From: Gordius albopunctatus
Taxonomy: Eukaryota
NCBI GenBank assembly: GCA_964276515.1
Contig: OZ193909.1
Span: 17,050,001-17,114,000, forward strand
Direction of reading: 5' to 3'
Length of the DNA stretch: 64,000 nt
The notes under the pieces were generated by a model. The model made no database searches and was not told the DNA's origin. It worked only from the letters and a program-made list of their open reading frames with translations. Position numbers and translations under genes: made by a program. Position 1 is the stretch's first letter. Each line of letters opens with the position of its first letter. This document shows positions 26,103 through 38,750 of this stretch, in pieces.

Positions 26103-26254
26103 ATTAATGACCCCCTTTGCTCTCATTACAAACAACACATACACGCATTTTTGATTTGCCCGATGATTAAAATTGTGGTTTTTGCCATCTAAATCAAGAC
26201 CAATCGTTTTGGCTTTTAAAATCAATTTTTACCCTTACTTGGATATGTTGATGC

Positions 26255-26392
26255 TAGTGTCGTAAAGACGGCAGGTTTTTGTTAGGTAGACCCTTGGTTT
26301 TAGTCGACTTGACATAAATAGACCAGAGGTTTGACCAAAAAATCGTTGGTTTGTTTGTGTTCAAGGGAAAGCCTGCCGTCTTTACGACACTA
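26255..26392. mobile_element. 138-bp hAT-type MITE just downstream of the EXTL3 stop (also 52006-52143)
   Basis: 21-bp perfect TIR TAGTGTCGTAAAGACGGCAGG; TSD GTTGATGC/GTTGATAC. Confidence 0.82.
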
Positions 26393-29229
26393 GTTGATAC
26401 TCATAAGGTCAACAACACACGACGGTCGTAATGAATAGCACCGATCTCTCTCTCTATTTTGTGCCAAAGATTGCATTAACGATTGTACACCAGTATTTCG
26501 TGAAATTTGGGTTTTCGGTTAGCCAATTATATAGCAAATCTCTTGTTTTAAGTTTTTTATTAAGATGATCACGGTTTTTTTACTTTAAATTATAATCAAA
26601 ATTCTGTGATTATTAATTTAAAGTTTATAATTGTGATGCTAAATATACATTTACCAAAGGCTTTCTCGTATAATGAAACGAATCGATCGCTCTTTCTATT
26701 TATCTTAGATATTTAATTTCATATTATTGATCTCGGACCAAGATGAGCTCGTATGATTGTGAAAATTTAATAGAAAATCGTGATTATATTTTTTGTTTGC
26801 CTGCATCGTTTATAATGACCTATTAGATGTCCATCACTTCGTGATATTGATTTATATCAGTCAAAACTATATATAAAATGTACTCTATAAATTGCATTTC
26901 AGGGATAAAATTTATGAAAAAATTATTCGGGAAGAAAATCAAAAAGAAAATAAAGTTTTTTGGGTTACAAGCTCTTTTTAGTTTGTTCCTTTCGTCAACA
27001 ACTTTTTAAATATCAGTTTTGTAGAACCAAACATGTTTTAGGTGATAGAATATGAATTTTTATAGAATGAATTTAACAATTTTGTTGTAAATAACTCTGT
27101 CATAACTACCCTCAAATAAAAATTTTAAACACGGGGCTATTGAGACCAAGGCTATAATAACTTTTTTATTCATTCATACATTCAAAATAGTGTGATTATA
27201 TAAGTGCGAAACAAATCATGTGCCCTATTATAAAAATAAGCGTGAGTTTAGGCAGGGGGGCAGCTACCACCCCCCCCCCTTCCTTAAATTTAAGAGTTCG
27301 TGTACATTTAACGAATTTATGGTTACGTTTTTAAAATCATCATTCCGCCCACTTGCCCTTCCTTCCTGCCTTATTTTTTAAGAAACAAAAAATTAGTCAA
27401 ACTTTGCCTCTTCCTCTGTAAAAATTGACGAATTGGGCTAAATATACCTTATATTTATTGGCATGTGACTCGAAAATGATAGCAGACATATAACGTTTTC
27501 GCTCTTATTATACATGTCCTTTCCTTATTTGCGCACATTTTAAAATGGCGGAAAAGCGGCAACCTGTTTAATGTTGATGAGCAGTCTATATAGTCTATGA
27601 CAATGATTGCATGAATAGGAAACGTTGCAAATTTTCAAGCAGAGAAAAATGACGCCTTAGGATGCGAGCGAGATGAGGGGGATTAGAGCTGGAAGAGAAA
27701 GAGAGGGAGGGGAGAACGACAGGGGAATAAGTGAAAGGAGAGAATGATCTGTTTTTTAGTTTGCATAGCTTAATCACTGTGTACTCTAATGTACTTTCCC
27801 AAACATAATAGGAGGAATTTAAATGGGCGTTATAAACGCGAATAAAACTAAAAGTAGTGGTGAAACAAAAAAATGTAGACCATAATTTATATTAAAAATA
27901 AATTTAAAATGGCGTGGGAATATAGCCTCAAAAAACGTTTAAAAAGGTCATTTTTCGCACCTTCAACCTCATTTATCACAGAATCTGGACAACAAGGGAA
28001 AAAACTAAAAACTTATTATTGTTCAGCTTAAACTTCTCTATCAGAAAGATTTGTCAAATTGCTGGATGTTTTCCCTTGAAGACTGTTATTAAAGCTTATT
28101 CATGTTTTTTACTTTGACCAACTTGTCCAAATAATGGACAGCACAAGTTTTGTAAAATGGTTGGATTGCATGACCCACCGTGTTGGTAACCCTGGTTGTT
28201 GGCGTATAGATTGGCAAAAAAATTTCAGTTTGGGGTCTTTGGTTGACCTGTGATGTTTAGCGTATTTTTTAAACAACCAATGCTTTGGGTCAATATAATT
28301 GTAATAGCTTTTTGGCTTGGTTGCGAAATATTGGTGAGGGATGCAATTTTATGAAATTTTGATTATGTATTTACCGAATGCTTGATTGAAGGGAATCATT
28401 GTCGATATTCTTATAAAAATTGAAGGACCAAGACGTAAAATTAAGAGTAGGTACAGGCCTTTTGGCGCGTTAACCTACCATCTGCAAATTAAATTTTAAG
28501 CGCATTTTCTATTATAAAAATTAATACTCGTGCAACAGCAAATCTTTTATATGCGTAGCATTGCTGAGTGTTGTGATTGAAAGTAACTTATTAGACGCTT
28601 TTTGTTGATATAAATTAATTAAATTAAATATCAATGACGATAGAAAATTTCGTTACGAATCTCTAGGATTAAAACTGCAAAAAATTATTTCCGATTTAAT
28701 AATAATATTTTAGGCCAATTAATAGCAACCGTAAACATAAATTTATTAGTAATTCTGAGCACTACACTTTTTATATTGCTATGCAATTTACGGGCCCGCT
28801 TTTGGTTGTTTTTCCTGCCATGTCCAACTTGCTATTTTTCAATCATTGCCGTGGAAACTTAAACGGGTTTTTAATGGCTGTGGACTTATGTAATAATAGA
28901 CTAGCTAATGACCGCTGGTTGGCTTCTATTTTTTTCGGCCTCGCCCAAGTTCTATTGTTTTTGTGCCCACGTGATTACTTTTATATTGATGGATTTCTTT
29001 GGGCAACTTGTCTACGTTATTGCTATATATCGGATAGTTGCGGAAATCGCTAAATGATTCCCTGCAAATTAATGCTCACCGTTGCTTACATCTAATTCGT
29101 CTCTCCCGGCCTGAGGTTGCTCATTTGTAATTGCTGCTTTGTGCATTAATTTTGCCAATTTTTCTAGGTTTTTGCTTTGTTTTTATTGTTTTATCATTCG
29201 AACTTCACTATTTTATGTCTTATAAATAT

Positions 29230-30428
29230 TGGAGGTCTGCGTGGGCTTAGCCTAGCCTGCGTCCCCGGCCGGGCCCGAAATAGAGCAATAAAAAAAGTGC
29301 GGACCGGGCTTGGGCTTTGATAAGTAAAAAATTTGAATTTATTTAACTTTATACTATAATTATAATATAGAAACAAAAAAATGGACTTATTAGAATGTTG
29401 ATGAAAAATTATTATTTGCCGGTGGAACTCAAAAATCACTATGTTAAAAGGTTTGCAAGAGATATATGATGAAATATTCAGTTTTTTATCTGGAAAGGAT
29501 TGAATGGAATAAATTGAAGGCATTTCCAAAAAGCATATCATTGTATGAATTAATATGCTTTATTGGTGAGGCAGAGATGGATATCTCCATTCGGGAAGAT
29601 AATGAAACGGAAAAGTTTGAAGATTTCAGCAAAGTTGATTCTTATATTAAATTAAATCTAGAAGTGGAGGATGCTCAGCTAAATTTAAATTATGGTGGAA
29701 AGAACACAAACTTATGCTACCAAACTTAACCCTCGAGAGTATTCCTCAAAATCCCGAACGCGAGAGTATTCGTGGGGTATAACTCTACCCCACTTCTTAA
29801 CTTCTTATAACTTTTAAAGCATTCCTTTAAAACCTTTAAAGTTTTATAGATATGTTTATAAAGGTGTTAAGATTGATGGAATAAATTTTTATATGAATCT
29901 AATCGACATTACAAAACTTATTAACGATTTTCTGGACCCCCCATTTTTGGGGGTTATTTTAGAGCTTCCCCTCATTTTACCTCTTGACATCATATACCTT
30001 AAAATAAATCAAAATAAACGTGATTTTTTATTAAAAGAATGTTCAAAATGTATTAAAAACACAAATTATAAAAGATATCATCAAACAAAAAAAAACACCA
30101 CATACATTTTCTCCAACAGAAAAAAATTTACGCGAGAGCATTCGTGGGGTATAATCATACCCCACGAGGCAAAAAACTTCTATATTTTAAAAAGTATTAA
30201 GCCAAAACCTATGAAATTTTCACCTAACCTAGTTCTTGATAAAATATTAAGCTACTGAAAAGACAAAATTCATTAGACTTAAATTGCGTTTTATATTTTA
30301 ATTTATAATTTGCGTGGGGTATAGAAATACCCCCACGAATACTCTCGAGGGTTAACAAAATTCGCTATTCAGTTTTTGTCAATTCCAGCGACCAGTGCTT
30401 AAAATGAACGCACATTCAGTAAGACAAG
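29230..30428 (+). mobile_element. Same defective hAT element, left part (truncated at the duplication breakpoint)
   Basis: ATAAATAT then left TIR at 29230; homology stops at 30428. Confidence 0.8.
29730..30351. mobile_element. piggyBac-type MITE (duplicated copy)
   Basis: Same TIRs and TTAA flanks as 162-784. Confidence 0.85.
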
Positions 30429-30434
30429 CGGCCC

Positions 30435-30571
30435 TCGAGCATTTTTATATGCTAATGCTCTTCCTAGTGCTCCGAACAGCGAGCACATATTGTGCTAACG
30501 CGCATATTAAGCAACTCAGTGTGCGTGCTCGCGTCTGGAGTTTGAAGAAAGTTAGCAATTTAACAACTCTA
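30435..30571. mobile_element. Isolated diverged right arm of the foldback MITE family
   Basis: CTCGAGCATTTTT...CCGAACAG...GTTAGCAATTTAACAACTCTA aligns with 5896-6032. Confidence 0.7.
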
Positions 30572-30699
30572 CCAATATGAATAAAAAAATAAATGCACAC
30601 GACAAAACTAAAATATGAGGCTAAAATGTTCAAAGATTTGGAATAAGAAAACCTTTAGCATTCCAGACTAAATGTTTTAGGTTTAATAATGCTATTGCT

Positions 30700-30861
30700 C
30701 ATGAGCGTAGCCAGCATTGGAATTAGAGGGGGGGGCAATAATGATTTAGGAAGGGGCATTTGTAAAATTTTAGCCCCATAATTTTAATAAATTTCAACAA
30801 ATTTTTTGATTAAGAGGGGGCAGCCGCTCGTCCCTGCCCCCCCCCCTTGGCTACGCCTATG
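30700..30861. mobile_element. hAT-type MITE (CATGGGCGTAGCCAG family)
   Basis: TIRs CATGAGCGTAGCCA / TGGCTACGCCTATG; TSD CTATTGCT/CTAGTGCT. Confidence 0.75.
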
Positions 30862-31659
30862 CTAGTGCTTGAAGCCATCGACAATAGCCTTGGTATATAA
30901 ATAACATTAAAAAATAATTATATTAAGTTACGGTTCTGTAATTTAATTCAAAGAGAAGAAATGCAATGTTCAACAAATCATTGCTTAAGGCTCGTAAAAT
31001 AAGATTTTAACACAAACCATTAATTTATCAACTCTATGTTCCTGATCTTGCTCCCATCTTAAAGCTACATGGCGCTTGAATTTAAGGTATTGAAAGGGTT
31101 GGTTCAAATTGGCATTTGTCCAAAATATAAAATAAATTACTGTCATTGGATTTTTTATAGAATTAATAAATTTTTGAAGACATATAAAGTTCGGCAGGAA
31201 AGGAATGCGACTTCTATCATCTGCTAAGCGGCCTATCCTATCATCAATTAGTTTGATACGTTTATAATTTTAGTATCCCCAAGCGGCGAACCTAATTATT
31301 TAATTATTACCAATTTTTAGATATATCCCTATGAGCGGGGAATGCAAGAAGCACGAGCTCCCTACTTTGTTCAAATTTCGGCATGGCATAGCTATTAAGC
31401 ACTGCGCTATCTATTCGCCATAATAATAATTATAAGCTTTATTATGGCTATTTTTTCTTTTTTATTAAAAAAGGGCTCCCGTTTTAAAAGTTTAAACCCT
31501 CAAGTTCAACTATAGAATAAAGTTTAAGCACTATTATATTTAATAGGAATTCTGCCTATACCGTTACAGAGATAGGTACACGATTCCGAGCGCTACTTTA
31601 CTCTGAGATTATGAAGACAGTGTGGAGAGCAAATGACACAAGTGAACGATAATGGTTTT

Positions 31660-33480
31660 AATGACTTTCAAGTTTTCATAATTTTATCCATTTGCCCTTT
31701 CCACGTGACACAAGTGTTTTAGTATATGCCCATAATACTTCGCCGATTTCGTTAATCAAGTCCGACATAAGTTGAATATCCATTTTTGTCTTAAGAAAAT
31801 TTGCCATATGATCGATCTTAGTATCTCCCAAGCTCCACCGTATCATTCTCATCTCCATGGCCTGCATTTTTTTCCGTGGCGTTTAGCGCCCATGTTTCAC
31901 TTCCATTGAGTAAAACCGGTTATACGATGGATTTGTAAGCTTTGCTCTTCAACCATATGGCCATTTTTTTATTGCTTATTCAAATATACTTCGTCATAAC
32001 TTCTCCCTTGATGTTACATTGAGCTGAGGTATCTAAATTGTCTACTTTTGGGTACTTTACATTGTCATCTAGCGACGGGGTGACTTTAACGTTCATCTCC
32101 ATGTATACCGTTATTAGATCGTCGACCTTTCAACCATCCAGCTAAGCGCCACTTCTCGGCTTCTTCAAATACGTTCTCCTTAGTCTCTTCGTTTAATACT
32201 ACATCATTGGAATAGAGCATATACCATGGCGATGACTTTTGAATGTTGCTTGTTATAGTGTTTATAATTATAATAATAAAATAATTTAAAGCAGCTTTGA
32301 TGCAATTTAATTTAAACCTGAAAAGAATTAAAATATCCAACTGTCGCCACTCTAACGCACATATTTGAGGCTTCATAAATATATTTTAATGCGTCAGGAA
32401 TATTTTGTTTTCTCAAACACCACCTTATTAAATCTCGGGGGACCGTGTCATAAGCTTTCTCCAAGTCGATAAAGACTATATGTAGGTAACTTATTTTTCA
32501 CCATAATCCATCATTTGACTTGCGGATTTGTCGGCCACAAATCCGAATTGGTTAGCCGATATTTCCACCTGCATTCCCAGCCTTGTTACTAAGATCCTTT
32601 CCATAATCTTCAAGCAGTGTCAAGTTCATCTCTGTAATTGCCACACTTCTGATGTCTTCTTTGTCTTTGAATAAGGTTATAATCATGCTTGCTCACCATT
32701 AAATAGGAATTCGCTTTTATAAAAAAATCATGCTAAAAAGGGACTTCATCTTCACGGCATCCGAGCAATGTTTCTATTGATATTCCATCTGGGCCATTAG
32801 CTTTTCATCTTCCTGAAAGAGTTCGACCATACTTATGTTTAGATCTATAGCGGGAAGGAAATTTTTGTCATTTGCAATATTCATAAGTTATGTTTTCTTT
32901 AGACTTGTTATTCACTATTTTAAGGACTCCTAAATCGCGAATTTTCTTCTTCCTTACCTTGACCAATTCGTACATAAGCCTGTTGCCCCCTTTATGATCC
33001 AATTTGTTTGATGGGGCATTTTTCGAAATTGCAACTGCCTTTTTCGCGGCACTCTTTGCCTCCCTATATTCTTGATAATGCTACAACTTTTTTGATTTAT
33101 GCAACCGTCTGTATAGATTTCTCTTTATTTCTATTAGATTCAAAACCGATTGATCCCACCACCATACTTCCCTATTATATCTTTCCCTCTTTTAATCTAT
33201 TCTGAAACCCGAATCGCTGTTTCCTTTATGACTTTAGTTAGAGCCTCCTAATCGTAGTCTACGTCCCTTTACAACTTCCTTGCACCCAAGAGTGAGGGTA
33301 CTTTTTCATGGTATTTTTCGTTCGTCGACGTATCTTTAGTCTTTCGTATCGAATTTGAGGTTCATGAACCTTTTCCTTTCAAGAATACTTTTCAATCAAG
33401 GTCCATAACAAAGGGACGATGTTGCCTGGCGCTTTTTATCCCAGTATTCCTAAGCAATCCATGAGTACCTTCGCCTTATC
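31660..33480 (-). mobile_element. Degenerate RTE-clade LINE fragment
   Basis: Minus-strand remnants PWYMLYSNDVVL (degenerate YADD), MQAMEMRMIRWSLG, VFIDLEKAYD, QFGF. Confidence 0.78.
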
Positions 33481-33626
33481 AGCAGATAGCCATTAGACTA
33501 AAATGCTGTATAAATAATACATGTATTGGAGAAATTATTCAATGAATGCAAAATGACTAGAAAAATCTTATTTCAGCTTTGTGACTGCACCTCACCTCTG
33601 TTTGTGTATCTAATACATTTCCTACA

Positions 33627-33833
33627 ATGGATATTCAACAAATTTTAAATATCCTCAATCGTGAGACAGTGGATGAAATCACGGCAGAGATCTTTGCATA
33701 AAATCAACAAATAGCTGAAAATTTGAATATAGAATTATATCCTCCTAGACAAACTCAGCGACATAAATACCGATCTTGGAAAAATTATCTCGACTCTTTT
33801 TTGACATTAGAGTACAGATTTTCCGAGAATAAT
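33627..33833 (+). mobile_element. Probable hAT (P52rIPK/ZMYM1-like) transposase remnant
   Basis: Translates to IELYPPRQTQRHKYR...YLDSFLTLEYRFSENN with an in-frame stop upstream; recognised from remembered motif only. Confidence 0.4.
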
Positions 33834-35717
33834 ACTGCCGAAAATGTTAGAAAGATAGCTTATTATTATATAACTTTTATCTTTATAATTTAAAAATATT
33901 AAAACGTTTAAATACTTTATATTTGTCTAAATTAAATTATGGTGAGTTTGTATTTGGGTTGAGGCCAGAGCATCATTCTATAATTTTTTTTACCTCCCCC
34001 CTATCCCAAAACCTGGCTAAGTTTGCAATTGGTTCCAATGCATAATCACAATTTAAACCAATATTTTATCCCGTATGAATTTATATATTATACGACTAGT
34101 TATTTAATTGCTGCTTAAATATTTTGTAAATATTAATGTTTGACTTGATAACAAAAGGCAGAGAAATAAGCAGCTTATAAATGAAGCAGTGTAAATTGTT
34201 ACAAAATTAAAATGCATGTTTTTAGGCGGATATAAATAATATATTTTTAACTCTATAATATGGGATTATAAAAGAGGCCAGAGATTTAGATTCAAATTTT
34301 TCAAGATAGGGAGAAGAAAAGTCGCAATGTCGGAGCCTTTAAAATAGTAAAAACAAATCTCATTCGAGCCGAAGAAAAGGAAGGAAAGGTAGACAATACG
34401 TCTTGGAATCTATGATTATTGCAAAGTGTGGTGTATCCCCCCCCCCCATTTCCCCCCGCTTATCTTTCACTCATCACGCTCTTTATAATAATCCCACACA
34501 CGCATACACGTGCGACGTAAATTTAGTTAAATTTTATCCTTTCTCCTATTTATTGCTGATTAACGATTTTATTGCCTTTTTGAGTTATCCATAGTTGAGA
34601 ATGTCGTTAAAACAGAAAAAACTGGTATGAACCAGATGTGGTAGGAAAAAAAACTTATAAAAAACTCATATGACTTAATAATAAACCCCCCCCTCTACGA
34701 ACCATAATATTTATGAATATTTGATTCCAAATCCCACATAAATATTATTATTTTTCTGGAACACAAAATAATTTATCAATATACCCTTACGATTATATCA
34801 TTGCAATCGAACGTATACCTTATCTACAAAATACGGTTTTAGGAACTATCGCTCATTTCCAGTAATTGCCGTAGATGGTATGTAAATTTTTGTTTGAGTT
34901 ATGATTTTTATATAAACCGAGTGTGCTGCCTACCGATTTGCGTCACCTCTATGCCTGTACTATTGTGACATCTAGTCCAATAGGCCCTCATACACATCTC
35001 TAAAGATGTAGGCTCTCACTCGTCTTAACCCGAGTAAACGTTAAGAAAAAACGACTGTTAGTCGGGGCGGACCTATCTATCTATCTACCAAATGCTACTG
35101 TTGAGTATTCCAAAATAAACTTTTAAACGTAAATATGTCTCAAATAAACAGAGACATATAACAAATTACAAAAACTACCTTCTCGATATTAAGCCAAACA
35201 TAACTATGGACGAACTCTTTCACGAGTATGAAGGGACACAAATGAACAAGATGCAAAAATAAAAAGATAATGGCCCAAATGTAATATCTAGGGAAGCATT
35301 GCTTGGATGAGGTTCCTAATAAATGGAGAGCAAGCACGATTTTACCTTATTCAAATGCATCTTGAAATTATGGAAAGGATCTTAGTCACATGGCTGAAAA
35401 ACGAGGTGGAAATATCGGCGAACTAATTCGGATTTGCGACATTTCCACACGGGAAAAGAGAAGAAACTTACATATGTTCTTTATCAATTTAGAGAAAGCT
35501 TATGTGGAAAACAAAATATTTCTGCACATATACAAGGCTTATGAAAAACATATATGAAGCTTCAAATTCCTGCTTTTGGATTACAGTTGGAGACTCTAAA
35601 CAAACCTTTTCGGGTTAAAATTGGATTACATCAAGAATTAACATCAAGAATTTACTTTAAATATTTTTAATTCAATTTAATTATGGACACGATAACAAGA
35701 GACGCCCTGGTGTATTC

Positions 35718-36325
35718 TAGAGACCTGCAACGGGCCTGTTTAGGCAAATCGGCCCGTCCGTAATAAAAATATCAAAGCCCGGCTCCGGCCCGTCAAAATA
35801 TTCAATTATAAACCCGAGCCCGGCCCGGGCCCATATATTTTTTTTTGTTTTTATTATTTTTATTTTATTTTTTTATCTATATCAAACAATATGTGTGTGT
35901 TAAAAATGTTAATAAAAATATTGTAGAAATAATAAATAGGTAATTCCCGGTCAGTCGAGTTCTTCTATCTTTTAGAAACGACCTACATAAAAAAATTTTA
36001 GTGGCATTTTGGGATACACAAAACCATACAAGCCAAATAAACTTTCAAATCCCTTATTTAAGGTTATAATGTTCTTAATAAAGTCACTTGTCTTCTTTAA
36101 ATTTCTTTGTTAATTTAATATACATAAAATAATTATAACATTATAAAAAAATCTTCTTTTATACTAAATCTAATTGATTTTATAACGGGCTTTCAACGGG
36201 ACTTAAGTATATCTAGGCCCGGCCCAGGGGCGTTAAGTTATATAACGGCCCGTCCAGGCCCGTTCCGTGGTTTTATTTTTAAGCAGAAGCCCGTCCAAAC
36301 CCGGGCCGGGCCGTGCAGGTCTCTA
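35718..36325. mobile_element. hAT-type MITE
   Basis: TIRs TAGAGACCTGCA / TGCAGGTCTCTA; perfect 8-bp TSD GTGTATTC; GGCCC subterminal motifs. Confidence 0.88.
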
Positions 36326-36831
36326 GTGTATTCTATATGCCGATGATATAATATTATGCGAAGATACAAAAAAGAAAGTATTCGAAGAAGCTGAAATGTG
36401 GTCTAAGCATTTGGCTGGATATGATATAAAGGTAAGCAATCGAAAAACGGTGTACATGTAAATGAACGTTACAGGCACCCAATCGCTAGATGACCATTCA
36501 AAATACCTAAAATAGAGAGGTTTACATATCGCTCAATGCTACATCAAGAGGGATTGCGCAATAGAAGTCATGCGGATCCAAATAGGATATCTTAAATGGC
36601 AAAGTATATTTGGTGCAGTGTGCGACAAAAATATAATATGGTTGAAGAGCAAAGCTTACAAATTTTTCATTGATACTCTATAAAGTGAAACATGGGTATT
36701 ATACGCCACGAAATAAAAGTTATTACAAGTCACGGAGATGAAAATGATACGGTGGAGTTTGGGGTATACTCGGTATACTAAGCTCGACCATATGAAAAAT
36801 GACTTTTTTTAGGGAAAATGGGTATTTGAGC

Positions 36832-37369
36832 TAGAGTCCTGCATGGACCGGGCTGGGCTGGGTCGAGGAAAAAAATAGTTTAATGGGCTGGACTGGGTTA
36901 AGTAAATAATATATTTTAATGGGCTGGACTGGGTTGGGCCTAAATAAATTTAATGGGCTGGGCTAAGAATTGTTGAATAATAAACATTTAATTTTAAAAT
37001 TAATATATTAATCCGAATTCTAATTAAGTTTTGCAATTCTAAATTTTAATTAACATCTGTCCCTTCGCATTTTACTAATTTATCCAATGGAAATTAAATT
37101 ATTAAAAGATGGAATTGACACAGATGATTAATTTATATCATTTTATTGTATTTTAATATATATCTAATTTGAAAATAAACATATTTATACATTGTAAAGT
37201 GTGAATTAAATTTAGGGCGAAAAATATTTAAGATGGGCTGGGCTGGGTTTTGTTAGGCATAGGCTGGGTTGGTCTTAAAAAATGTTTGTGAGCATGGGCT
37301 GGGTTGGGTCGACCTGAACATGGTTTGGGTTGGTCTGGGACGGCAAAAACCGGCCCATGCAGAACTCTA
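36832..37369. mobile_element. hAT-type MITE
   Basis: TIRs TAGAGTCCTGCATGG / CCATGCAGAACTCTA; GGGCT/GGGTT subterminal repeats; TSD not clean. Confidence 0.72.
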
Positions 37370-37434
37370 TTAACCTATGGCTAACTTGATCAACGAAAAT
37401 CGGCTAAGGTGGTATGCTCTTATACTAAGAATCA

Positions 37435-38750
37435 TGTATTGCCCCGGGGACATTCAAGATCTGACACCTCTCGGTGCATCTCGGGCCACGTTGACCAGCA
37501 AATATGTTGCATCCATTACTATTTAATTGATTGTTCGCGACTTATAACTTATGTCTACTTTGAAACTTAATTGACTCATTTACATTACCTTACTACTTCG
37601 CGACGTTAATTGACCAATCACATATAGCTCGCGGATTCACCACTGAATGTTAATTGTTTTAATGTATTTCAATCAATTCGCGATTATATAAAGACGTGTA
37701 AAAAACTTCTTTACCACTTACATACGAACTCTTTTCTTTTCCCTCACTTTATTATATATACCCCCAATAAAGAGTACCCCCTCCAAATAATTGGTGACCC
37801 CGCATTTGGGGGGCGACATTTTTCTACCTCACCCGGAACACGCCTTCTTGGTTTGTTAAAATTATGAAACTTAGATATTGGGCACTTCTTTGTGAATCCG
37901 GCATCCAATACAAATATTGTAAAGACACGATCGAGGTGCAACAACCAACTTTAACTTCTCAACTAACCTCGAGCAATACGTGTCCGACTGCTGAGAGGGA
38001 AACAGGCTGCCTATTTCCCTGATTGTTTCTACGACAAAAATCATGATGCCCTACTACACCTCAACATAGACAACAACAACGTCTGCCGAACGCCCAACAA
38101 CTCTTCTGCGCATGGCCCTAATCACAAAACCCACAACATCAACACCACATGGCCTCTTGCATCCGAGGAAAGACTACGTTCGGTAAAACAATAACGCCTA
38201 CTACCAAAATTCTTACCACGGCTTACCGGTTTAGTTGATTACCGATTGCAATTTCAATATAGATACCTCTGCCCGCGGAATGTATCTTATTAATATATTG
38301 GATAGCACCGCAACAACACACACACAACTCACACCTCGGCCACCTCACTAACAACCACGGTAGGCGGAGAAAAACAGGCTGGTAGTACGAACATCACTTA
38401 CACCTCCCTTACATCAAACAAAAAAATTGTTAATTTTGTATGCACTCCGTTTATACGCAGCGGGTTATTTGTTGCATCCATTACTATTTAATTGATTCCT
38501 CGCGGCATATTACTTATGTCTACTTTGAAACTTAATTGACTAATTTTACCTTACTACTTCGCGACGTTAATGGACCAATCACATATAGCTCGCGGATTCA
38601 CCACTAAATGTTAATTGTTTTAATGTATTTCAATTAATTCGCGATTATATAAAGAGGTGTAAGACACTGCTTTACTACTTACTTACGAACTCTTTTTGGT
38701 TCACTCACTTTATTATTTACATTTAATAAAGAGTACCCCCTCCCAATAAC
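37435..38750 (+). mobile_element. Miniature or internally deleted LTR retroelement (direct repeats ~37505-37790 and ~38470-38750)
   Basis: Two ~285-bp direct repeats ending AATAAAGAGTACCCCCTCC.AATAA; PBS-like TGGTGACCCCG immediately after the first; only ~680 bp of internal sequence. Confidence 0.75.

Larger units (their letters stand above)
13572..30428 (+). repeat. Segmental duplication block B, copy 1 (EXTL3 block)
   Basis: Colinear with 39313-56143 at an offset of ~25.7 kb, from TAAAATAAGATGGAC to TCAGTAAGACAAG. Confidence 0.95.
35140..37430 (+). mobile_element. Degenerate RTE-clade LINE fragment interrupted by two MITEs
   Basis: HMFFINLEKAY; PWCILYADD once the MITE is removed; EMKMIRWSLG; ENRLRWY. 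Confidence 0.78.

Noticed and set aside
27540..27750. AAAATGGCGG (YY1-like) motif and GA-rich tract as a promoter
   Set aside because: No associated gene could be identified, and short motifs alone are insufficient
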